A DNA stretch of 64,000 bases, from the NCBI GenBank assembly GCA_016182555.1, contig JACPGJ010000007.1, forward strand, positions 128,053 through 192,052, written 5' to 3'. Positions 37,814 through 46,100 of the stretch are shown here, piece by piece; positions within the stretch are counted from its first letter, which is position 1; every line of letters starts with the position of its first letter. This DNA is from Candidatus Kerfeldbacteria bacterium. GTDB taxonomy: Bacteria > Patescibacteriota > Patescibacteriia > UBA9570 > XYC2-FULL-38-9. The translations under genes and the position numbers were made by a program. The notes under the pieces are model-generated. The model had not been told where the DNA came from. It searched no databases and saw only the letters and a list, made by a program, of their open reading frames with translations.

Positions 37814-38182
37814 TCACATTTTGAAGAGTACCCACTTTTCGTTTTTCTTTTTGAATGGTGGGAAGAGGCTGAGTACAAACGTTATCGGAATCATGAGGTA
37901 GTAATATTGCCATTCAACGTTTATTTGATACGCCACAATAACCGCACCAATCAATACGCAGATGATGAAATAATTCAATCTATTTTTGTATAACTCTTCG
38001 CGAATGCTCAGTATGTCGCTATTTTTACCATAAAAAGGAACAAGGAGAATAACCATCCAGAAACACGCTTGCAATGCCGTAAACAGATCACTATTATTTT
38101 TTTTATAGATAAAAATACATACGAGCAAATAGATGTTTGCGGCAATAAAACGCACTTTATTTCGTTGAATATTTTTCCACAT
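37814..38182 (-). CDS. small integral membrane protein (about 3 TM), immunity-protein-like
   Basis: 122 aa, AT-rich codon usage, three hydrophobic helices, last gene of the small-membrane-protein array. Confidence 0.35.
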   Translation of the reverse strand: MWKNIQRNKVRFIAANIYLLVCIFIYKKNNSDLFTALQACFWMVILLVPFYGKNSDILSIREELYKNRLNYFIICVLIGAVIVAYQINVEWQYYYLMIPITFVLSLFPPFKKKNEKWVLFKM

Positions 38183-38495
38183 ATCTTTTTTTTATTTCTT
38201 CAGCCAATGATGGGACTCTGCATTTTGAAAGAAAAAAACAGAAACCAATATATATAGCCACTAAGCGCAACCATGGATATTGTGGCAACAATACATGCAA
38301 TGCTTTTGCATACATGACCGCTATACCGACTCCAACGAATATCGCATACAACAAGAATTTTCTATGAAGTATAAAATATGCATGACGATTACTAAAGTGA
38401 TATATAAACCAACGTGTCTCATCTACCGCGAGCAAGAGTCCGACAATAACCATAATGATAGAAGCAATGGAGAAAATCATATATAACAATTTCAA
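38157..38495 (-). CDS. small integral membrane protein (about 3 TM), immunity-protein-like
   Basis: 112 aa, three hydrophobic helices, lysine-rich C-terminus. Confidence 0.35.
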   Translation of the reverse strand: MKLLYMIFSIASIIMVIVGLLLAVDETRWFIYHFSNRHAYFILHRKFLLYAIFVGVGIAVMYAKALHVLLPQYPWLRLVAIYIGFCFFLSKCRVPSLAEEIKKRYVEKYSTK

Positions 38496-38704
38496 ATACC
38501 CTGCTTATTTATTGAATTCATGCGTTTCTTTTTTTTCGATCGCCGTTTTAAATACTCATCAACTTTGCTTGAAATCCAAATAGTTGAGGATATCGTTAAA
38601 AATGTTTCCCAGTATGGTTGATCAGATGGTCTATGTAGCAGTGTTACCGCTACTGTCAGAATGGCTGAAATTATTAACAGCCATATTACATCCGCATATT
38701 TCAT
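38492..38704 (-). CDS. small membrane protein, paralog 4 of a tandem family with a conserved P-x-x-x-(Y/F)W(E/D)xFL core and a Lys-rich tail
   Basis: About 70 aa from the internal Met (MKYADVIWLLIISAILTVAVTLLHRPSDQPYWETFLTISSTIWISSK..KRRSKKKKR). The ORF track's longer form starts at 38788 and overlaps the upstream paralog. Confidence 0.4.
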   Translation of the reverse strand: MKYADVIWLLIISAILTVAVTLLHRPSDQPYWETFLTISSTIWISSKVDEYLKRRSKKKKRMNSINKQGI

Positions 38705-38712
38705 AATACAGA

Positions 38713-38910
38713 CTATTTCTTTTTGAAAAAATAATACAATTGCTGAGTAACGATCAATATAACCCCAAGAAAAATAAAATGCAGCCACCTATCCCAAAAA
38801 GAGATATTTGAACGTGGTTGGAATGTATATCGTGCAAATGCTAGTAACCCACTACTGGATAAAAACAGTAATAGCCAAAGTAAAAATTGATTCTTTTTAC
38901 TTTTCAACAT
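38713..38910 (-). CDS. small membrane protein, paralog 3 of the tandem family
   Basis: 65 aa: ..LLAFARYTFQPRSNISFWDRWLHFIFLGVILIV..FFKKK. Confidence 0.4.
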   Translation of the reverse strand: MLKSKKNQFLLWLLLFLSSSGLLAFARYTFQPRSNISFWDRWLHFIFLGVILIVTQQLYYFFKKK

Positions 38911-38982
38911 AGCGGGTAACGCTTAAACTTTCCATTTTAATATCTGCTTTAAAACTTCCAGAACCATCTCGCCACCACTATC

Positions 38983-39186
38983 TTATTTTGTATCTCTTTT
39001 CTTTTTACGAACTTTTTTTGACCGCTCAGAGAGAATCAACGTAATAGTTATCGCGGCAAAACCAATAAGAAACCGCTGTAAATAACTTGACCCTTCTGGT
39101 TGAATATAGGTAAGAACTCCGGCCAATATCGCACTGATTACAGCAATCAATAGAATGTCAGCAATTCGTTTATTTATATCCACCAT
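38983..39186 (-). CDS. small membrane protein, paralog 2 of the tandem family
   Basis: 67 aa: ..AVISAILAGVLTYIQPEGSSYLQRFLIGFAAITITLILSERSKKVRKKKRDTK. Confidence 0.45.
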   Translation of the reverse strand: MVDINKRIADILLIAVISAILAGVLTYIQPEGSSYLQRFLIGFAAITITLILSERSKKVRKKKRDTK

Positions 39187-39243
39187 TTTAATATCTGCTT
39201 CACAAGAACTTTAAATCAGGATCGACAGTAACAGATTCATATT

Positions 39244-39444
39244 TTACTTCTTCTTTTGCTGGTTTCTCTTAGAACGAATAAATGAAAGGACTAATACCAA
39301 TACAACACTCCCCCAAGTCAATAGAAATCTTTCCCAATAATTTGAACCCTCAGGTTTATCTATATATGTAGCAACTCCTGCCATGAATGCAGCGACCACT
39401 CCAGCAAGAATAGCCTCACTCAGGAATCCGATCATACCCACCAT
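39244..39444 (-). CDS. small membrane protein, paralog 1 of the tandem family
   Basis: About 67 aa from the internal Met: MVGMIGFLSEAILAGVVAAFMAGVATYIDKPEGSNYWERFLLTWGSVVLVLVLSFIRSKRNQQKKK. Clearly alignable with paralog 2. The track's longer ORF (to 39588) would overlap the upstream secreted-protein gene. Confidence 0.45.
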   Translation of the reverse strand: MVGMIGFLSEAILAGVVAAFMAGVATYIDKPEGSNYWERFLLTWGSVVLVLVLSFIRSKRNQQKKK

Positions 39445-40505
39445 TTTAATAAGAACTTTGTCGTGTTTACAATCTGTTGTTTTATCCAATACTGTGCAGA
39501 ATTTGGTAAAACTTTGAACACCCCCATCGTGGCACCTGATATAGCGCATCCCCAAGCAGCTTGTTCTAATTTTTCTTTCCAATACCAATCATTTCTTTGT
39601 ATCGCCCACCGTACTGCATCAATACCAATACCACCAATAACCGTATTGACACAAGCACGAGCAGCTAAAACAATAGCAGTAGTTACTGCTGCTGGAATCC
39701 AAAAAGGATCTGCAGTAACAGGATATGAAATTCCTTCCACATTATGGAGAATATGTTGAGTAAGTGTTTGACCATCTGTGGTGAAATAAGTTTCAACATC
39801 ATTCCCAGCAGCATCTTTTGCCCAGGGAGTGGCAACCATGGCGATCGGTTCATTGTTTTCATCTACAACCACTGCTCCTCCATCTTCAGTCAGTTCAATG
39901 TGGCCGCCAGATGGCACGGTGACGGTATACGCATATTCTGTTGGTGCTTCGGGGTTATCAATAACCGTAAGCATACGCACACCACCTTCTACGTCCGCTT
40001 GTACGGCGTTTGCTGAACCATCTTTTGCCGGGTATGCAACAACACCGTCTGCGATTCTTTTTGCGTTTTTCGCTTCATCAGCATTGGGCAAGCCAATCTC
40101 AATCGTTGTGCCGTCTTCCGTACCCAATGTTACTCCATCTTCTGGATTTTTCGGAATATCAACAATTGTACCATCTTCTGTGGAAGTGATAATCGCTGAA
40201 TCTACATCGCGATCGACTACAATATCTTCAGAAGTTTCGAGTACACCAGAAAGACTTTCCAATGCCTCTTTCACCTCCGTTTTCGATACGTTCATTGAAT
40301 GATCCGTATCCGCTTGTTCGAGAACGGTAATTTCCGGCTCTGTTTCTAATGCTGTTGAATCTACCGGTTCCACAACAGCAGGTGATTCGTTTGTACCTTC
40401 CGCGCTCAATTCTTGCGCACGCACCAACTGCGGTGCAACGCTCATAAAAACAAATGAAAACACCATCGTACTCGAAAGCACTTTTGAGAAGACGCCCGTC
40501 CTCAT
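39432..40505 (-). CDS. secreted protein: signal peptide, acidic Thr/Glu/Asp-rich region, and a hydrophobic Trp/Gly-rich C-terminal domain (candidate membrane-active toxin or bacteriocin-like domain)
   Basis: 357 aa. Signal peptide (MVFSFVFMSVAPQLVRAQE). C-terminal ~110 aa (AVTTAIVLAARACVNTVIGGIGIDAVRWAIQRNDWYWKEKLEQAAWGCAISGATMGVFKVLPNSAQYWIKQQIVNTTKFLLKWWV). Immediately followed by the small membrane protein array. Confidence 0.45.
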   Translation of the reverse strand: MRTGVFSKVLSSTMVFSFVFMSVAPQLVRAQELSAEGTNESPAVVEPVDSTALETEPEITVLEQADTDHSMNVSKTEVKEALESLSGVLETSEDIVVDRDVDSAIITSTEDGTIVDIPKNPEDGVTLGTEDGTTIEIGLPNADEAKNAKRIADGVVAYPAKDGSANAVQADVEGGVRMLTVIDNPEAPTEYAYTVTVPSGGHIELTEDGGAVVVDENNEPIAMVATPWAKDAAGNDVETYFTTDGQTLTQHILHNVEGISYPVTADPFWIPAAVTTAIVLAARACVNTVIGGIGIDAVRWAIQRNDWYWKEKLEQAAWGCAISGATMGVFKVLPNSAQYWIKQQIVNTTKFLLKWWV

Positions 40506-40769
40506 AATTTTAAAATAAATGATTAAGTTACTTCTAGTGTATCACGTGCGTCCACCGCGTCAATATGCGACTTATCCACAATTATTTTATTATTTTTGTA
40601 GCCGTCTCTATTTCGCCAATTAACGAAATGCTTTTAACATTAACTCTTTTTCGACTTTTTTCTTAAAGATTTTTCCACCGCAGAGCCGTCGCTTACTGAT
40701 TCGTGAAATACAGCATTAACTCTTGTAAGAAATAATACCGTAGGATAAACTATGTGTTGACGCCCCTGT

Positions 40770-41366
40770 ATGGCCACAGCAGCCAGCAGGACGTTTTTAT
40801 TTTTCTTATTATTAACAAGTAACGCTATGTACATCATGTACGTTGATGTGACGCACCTGTTACAAGAAATTCCAGTCACTTTATTTTCGGTTGCTATTCA
40901 TAAAGCGGCATATTGGCAACAATACCCTTCTCAAAATCCATACGAAATTGCCTATATATTTCTCATTGAACAATATCAAAAATTTCTCCAAGCAAAAGAT
41001 GCACTAGGAATTTGTATTATTGATCCACGAGAGGGACAAGTACACAAGTCTTTTATTGGCCTTGAGCTTGATCAGATTCACCACTTAATGCAATGGGAAA
41101 AAAGTGATTCCTGGCATCCATGCCCAAATGTTATCGAGCGCGTGCTATTTTTTGGCATATTTGGAGGGGTGTGCACAGCAAATACACATGGGCTTGACTG
41201 TTTTTTCAATCATGATATACTATATATATCACCACGAAGAGCGCCCTATACGGTTCCGTCCGCATGGGGTTCTTTTCTTTTTGTGCTCATTTTTTCTGCT
41301 AGATCACTCACAAAAGAGATGTATTTTGAATCAAACTTTTTTAACAGCCCAGAATATTTTCGTTGA
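40770..41366 (+). pseudogene. low-confidence ORF or degenerate gene remnant spanning repeat copy B
   Basis: 198-aa ORF with no recognisable N-terminal motif. Overlaps the NYN gene on the opposite strand by about 120 nt and contains the conserved repeat. Region is otherwise an ~740-nt gap. Any resemblance to a DUF3800 C-terminal region is weak. Confidence 0.15.
41149..41190 (+). repeat. copy B of the conserved ~40-nt element
   Basis: tttttggcatatttggaggggtgtgcacagcaaatacacatg, followed by ggcttgac, which also follows copy C. Confidence 0.7.
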
Positions 41367-41764
41367 TTTGGAATAAGTAGTTTTTTTAATTTTTCCTGTT
41401 CAATGAAATATTGAACCAAACAGTGAAAATCACCATCTCCAGTAATGATGACTGCTTGATGATAATTCTGATATTCAATCATGGCGTGCAGCACCAATTC
41501 TGCATCACAATTCCCTTTTGTCTTGCCATCTTTATACATGAGTGTTGGTTTGAAAATACAGATGTATCCTGATTCTTGCAAATAGTGATAGAGCTGCTGA
41601 TGACCAGGAATATAACCAATAAACAAAAAAGCTTTCTGCACGGAATATTTTTCTTTTAAGTAAATTCGAAAACGAGCAAAATGTAACTTCCATCCTAATG
41701 CCCGAATACTCAAATTAAGATTTTGACTATCAATGAAGGCATAATTGTTTTCTTTTGTTAGCAT
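41246..41764 (-). CDS. NYN-domain (LabA/Zc3h12a-like PIN-fold) putative ribonuclease
   Basis: 172 aa. N-terminal AFIDSQNLNLSI (the DG-x-NL start of NYN domains). Downstream GNCDAELVLHAMIE and AVIITGDGDFHCLV, corresponding to the NYN SGDSDF acidic motif. Confidence 0.55.
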   Translation of the reverse strand: MLTKENNYAFIDSQNLNLSIRALGWKLHFARFRIYLKEKYSVQKAFLFIGYIPGHQQLYHYLQESGYICIFKPTLMYKDGKTKGNCDAELVLHAMIEYQNYHQAVIITGDGDFHCLVQYFIEQEKLKKLLIPNQRKYSGLLKKFDSKYISFVSDLAEKMSTKRKEPHADGTV

Positions 41765-41926
41765 AGAACTATTTTTAAATATAAAACGCCCACAGAAAAA
41801 TAAGGGCGTCCATCAATATAATACATGAAACAGTTACTGAGTGCAAGGATGCACTTTCATGCTATCTACATAAAAAAGGTGGTGAAGAGTATTAAAATAA
41901 TTGCGTCAATTCCGTCAATTTCTCGG

Positions 41927-41968
41927 TTTTTGGCATATTTGGAGGGGCGTGCACAGCACATGCACGGA
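41927..41968 (+). repeat. copy C of the conserved ~40-nt element
   Basis: tttttggcatatttggaggggcgtgcacagcacatgcacgga, followed by agcttgac. About 200 nt upstream of the Asp/Cys-repeat gene. Confidence 0.7.
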
Positions 41969-42163
41969 AGAGCTTGACAAAATGGATGTTTTGGGAGTAG
42001 GCTTGGGGTAGATTTGTGCAAAGTGTGCCTTGAAAGAGGTGTGCTTTGCACTTGAAAATATGCCCGTGTTTTTATTCGCGTCGTTTGCAAAGCCAGCCTA
42101 TGGTTGGTTTGGCAATGCAGCGACGCGGCTACAATCAATGGCCGGGACTTCAAACCGGCCGGT

Positions 42164-42169
42164 TAGGAG
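42164..42169 (+). promoter_or_regulatory. Shine-Dalgarno sequence (AGGAGG) for the Asp/Cys-repeat gene
   Basis: AGGAGG 5 nt upstream of the ATG at 42175 (MRNWLLVLTALLGG signal peptide). Confidence 0.6.
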
Positions 42170-42174
42170 GGGTT

Positions 42175-42933
42175 ATGCGGAACTGGCTGTTGGTGCTCAC
42201 CGCCCTCCTTGGGGGGTTGGTGAGCGGTGGTTTTTCGTCGGCGCTCGCGGCCGACGTAGACGGCGACGGGTTTTACGGAACCACAGAGTACTGTGGTTCC
42301 GATGACCAAAACTATTATTATTGGTGTGACTGCAACGACGACGACCCCGCCATCAATCCCGAGGCGACGGAAGATTGCGACGGCGTCGACAACGACTGCG
42401 ACGGCCAAGTCGACGAGGCCGGTGATGACGGTGATCTGGACGGCTTCACAGATGATCCGTGTAACGATACGGACGACTGCGATGACACGAATCCGTCCAT
42501 GAACCCCGGCGCGGTCGAATTCTGCGACAACGCGGATAACGATTGTGATGGGACCATCGATGAAGGGGTTACCGTAAAGTACTACGTGGACGCAGACGGA
42601 GATGGGGCTGGTGATGCGAACACCGACCCCGTAGAAGCCTGCGATGGGTATGGTCCCGCAGGCTATTCAATCGGAGGTGACTGCAACGATAGCAACTCCG
42701 ACATCCGTCCAGGAACTGTCGAAACAGTTTGCGACGACGGCATCGACAACAACTGCGATGGGACTATCGATGAAGACACCGAATACTGCCTGGATGAGGA
42801 CGAAGGTGGCCTCGGGGAGGTGATTCCTGGGGGATGTTCTACATCTCCCGGCGCGCCACCCACCCGAGGGTGGGGAATCCTCGGCCTCGTCGTCGGCATC
42901 CTCGTCGGCTTTCGCCGCAGCAGCACGCGCTGA
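42175..42933 (+). CDS. secreted Asp/Cys-rich repeat protein (MopE-like putative metal/calcium-binding CxDxDCDG repeats) with C-terminal TM anchor
   Basis: Signal peptide. Repeated motifs (CDCNDDDPAINPEATEDCDGVDNDCDGQVDE; CDDTNPSMNPGAVEFCDNADNDCDGTIDE; CNDSNSDIRPGTVETVCDDGIDNNCDGTIDE). C-terminal hydrophobic segment GWGILGLVVGILVGF plus basic tail. The ORF track start at 42046 is rejected for the SD-preceded Met at 42175. Confidence 0.55.
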   Translation: MRNWLLVLTALLGGLVSGGFSSALAADVDGDGFYGTTEYCGSDDQNYYYWCDCNDDDPAINPEATEDCDGVDNDCDGQVDEAGDDGDLDGFTDDPCNDTDDCDDTNPSMNPGAVEFCDNADNDCDGTIDEGVTVKYYVDADGDGAGDANTDPVEACDGYGPAGYSIGGDCNDSNSDIRPGTVETVCDDGIDNNCDGTIDEDTEYCLDEDEGGLGEVIPGGCSTSPGAPPTRGWGILGLVVGILVGFRRSSTR

Positions 42934-43090
42934 ACAAGCGCAAACACGGGCAAGCGGGTGTAGAGACACAACAACATGGACGACCCATGTCTCTGCCCCC
43001 GCACAGCCTTAGTAAATATTTCTTCATGGTTGCTGTCATACTTCGACAAGCTCAGTATGACATGAGGAAGAAGTATGTAGTAAAGCAAAA

Positions 43091-43124
43091 ATCACCCCGC
43101 TTTTTTGGCGGGGTGATTTTTTTA
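43091..43124. terminator. bidirectional rho-independent terminator between convergent genes
   Basis: AAAAATCACCCCGC-ttttttg-GCGGGGTGATTTTTTT: perfect 10-bp GC-rich stem with an A-run on one side and a T-run on the other. Sits between the stop of the 42175..42933 gene and the stop (43122-43124) of the giant gene. Confidence 0.65.
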
Positions 43125-46100
43125 TGGTTTTACGTAGATGGTCTGGGTGTATTCGTCATAGGAAGTACAATCGCCATAATCAGTACGTACATTGTCACCA
43201 TCGGCTTCACCACTATGGATATCGCCGCTACAGAAATCCCAATTATCTTGAATCTGTACTTTAATATGGAATTCACACGCATACCGACCGGTATCATCAT
43301 CCGCATTCGGGTGATAATTTTCTGCCGGATTTGTTGGGTCACAAGTGTACACATACGTATACGAATGGCCAGGAGTAGACGCCGCTTCCCAATAATCGGT
43401 TTGTGCATCATTGGTATTGAACACGCTATCATCAGTGGCTTTCCAATCGATTTGAATTTGTTGCACCGGTTCTTGGTCTGGGTCGCTAGAGGAATCAAAA
43501 CCCAATATTACTGTATCGCCACTATCAATTACTATGGGTTCATTTGTATGTGTGTTCACCGTCATATTACTAATGCTTGGGCGAACGGCGCAATATTCGC
43601 TATCGTCTGTGCGCGTATTATTTTCACACACATCCATAGTGTCTGGATCTAAGAAATCGAAGGAACCATTTTCAGTGAATGCGGTTGGGAAGGTATCGTC
43701 AATTTTATCATCTTGGACAAAAGACAATAAACCCTCATTTCGTTTTGTATATGTAGAATCTTGGTTTGCAAACCACACCGTACGGCCTTGCATATCGGCA
43801 AAAAGTAACCGGTAACGTTTCCAGGCAATACTGGCGGCCGCGTTCAACTGGTCTAAATACGTAGTGTAATCTGCACCGACTCCGGCTCCGGAGAGCAAAC
43901 CACCAAAATTTGAACCGGAAGAACTAGAGCCACTCTCCTGTTCTTCAACATCGAGAATGCCGTCGCCATCATCATCGGTATCTATACTATCTATCATACC
44001 ATCATCGTCGTCGTCCGTATCATTAATATCTGGAATACCGTCTCCATCGGTATCTGTATCCATATCGATAGTAGTTTCCTCACTTGTATCACAACCATCT
44101 GTGCTACACCGTGCAGCGCTAAATGTTCCCTGGGTACTGAGGCTCGCCGCTGCAGTGGCTGGAGCAGCAGTAGCAGTATACGAAGCACCCATTTCACAAG
44201 TCGAACCCGCACCAACAGCCGTACAATCATCATTGCTATCGCAGACAACCGCTTGGCCATTCGGGTCTTTGGAGCTACAGATACCGGCTACTCCTATCCA
44301 GAGTGAATCGTTGGTACATGCACTCAAGGCAGTGGTCGGGCTGTAGGCGGTAGCATAATCGTTTTGGCAGACCGTGGCATTACACGAACCAATACACGCA
44401 TACGGCAGCGCCGACCCTTCACTTTGGTTTAAGTACACAAATGGTAAATTATCCTCTGCCGAAGCAGTGAAGTACGATAAACCATTATTTTTAATACCAT
44501 CAATTTGGCTAGGTTGACTGCCATTGTTGTCGCCACGCAGTGAACCAAACAATGCGTTCACTCCACTCATACTATACGTGTACCCGACATCAGGAATTTG
44601 ATAACCGGTGCTGCCCGTCACGCGTTCTTGCCATGGTGTGGCTTCGGCTTGTTCCGTTGCGCCTTCAACCAGCAACAAACACGGTTCTTTTAAGTAATAG
44701 GTCCAGGTCACTCCCTTCATATCACCAACATCCCAGCGGCGGATACCATCCCAATAAAACAAATATACTGCATCGAGATAACCATCGTTGAAGTCGAAAT
44801 TGACTCCAACAATATTAGCACCACAAGGACTACCGTCGCTACCATCATCACAATCACCATCGTAGATGGTATCAAAAGTACTAGGCACCTCATAATCTGA
44901 ACTGTAGCTATAACGACTGAAGAAATAATGGGCGTCTAAGGAAACACCATCTAGTGTTTGTGAACCTGCGTCTTCGGTACCGCTAATAACACCTTCAATG
45001 CCGTCACCTGCCCACGCCCCTGAACAAGCACCGGTGGTACATGACTTTAAACCAGAGAAACTAAATGGATTCAACGGTACAGAAGAATCGATACCATCTT
45101 CGATACTTTGATCATTATATACCGTATACATATCGGAATTGAAACCCTTAATCAGAAAACCAGCATCTTTACCGGTGACAGCTTTCACAAAAACCACATC
45201 CATGTCATTCAAACCGCTTTTAATAGAATCTTGCGTACAAATAGAACTACCACACCATACCCCAGACTGAAAAGCCGTAGCGGCATCTTCATTATTATCA
45301 TTGATTTCTTCGCCATCAAACGCACCAGAAAATTCTTCATAACCAGATTGATATAGTCGCGCCGTATTTTCTGGTTCTGGCAATGTTTCAGTCGATGTTT
45401 CTAAATCGGCGGTATCAAAACTTGTTTTACCGATCAACCAGGAATTACTCTCATGCGCGTAATTCTTCCCACCATAATTCTCTGGTGTACCAATATCAAA
45501 TGAGATACTGTCAATTTCTGAAACATGCACCAACTTATCTACATTGGAAGCCGGAAAGCGGCGGAATTTTGCGGCTTCAAGATTATCCTCATCATAATCT
45601 CCATGTGGATCATCATCAATATGCAAATCCACGGAATTGATAATTTTGTAGCCTTCGGTCGTTACGGTAACGGTTTCATTGTTTACGGTGTAGGTTGAGG
45701 TGCCATTGCCCAAACATTGACTATCTCCACAATCGCTTTTATCCGTACAAATAGTCCCATCGTCTAAACATGCGCCTAAATTCGCATTGCCCTTTGCCAC
45801 CAAACAATGGTACACCGGATATTTTTGTGAATAGCGCACCGCGGTACCACTGGAATTCTTGGAAGACCCGGCCACCGGCCACCACGCTACACAACGGCTG
45901 GAATCATTCAAATCTTGCTGTAAACAATATCCTTTCCAACCGGTATAAATAACCCCACTGTCATCAATGTAATCACAAGACAGCGAAGAATCTTCGGGGT
46001 ACGCACGGCAAGATTGGCCAATTAACCAAGCGGCATTATCAGAGTTCGGGTTATGTTGTTTATTCACTTCTATCGCCGGCTTCAACGATACATTATCAAT

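Noticed and set aside
40640-40879. 79-aa minus-strand ORF in the gap upstream of the secreted protein gene
   Set aside because: No motif, AT-rich low-complexity translation, and it overlaps the equally doubtful 40770..41366 ORF.
36793-41968. Reading the three repeat copies as a CRISPR array or IS terminal inverted repeats
   Set aside because: Spacing is irregular (4.3 kb and 0.78 kb), there are only three copies, and all are in the same orientation with no transposase between them. No cas genes are present.
42663-43088. Minus-strand ORFs (141 aa, 100 aa, 66 aa) and the 272-aa plus-strand ORF at 42834..43652 overlapping the Asp/Cys-repeat gene and the giant gene
   Set aside because: They are alternative-frame readings of GC/Asp-codon-rich repetitive DNA or of the giant gene, and they cross the strong bidirectional terminator.
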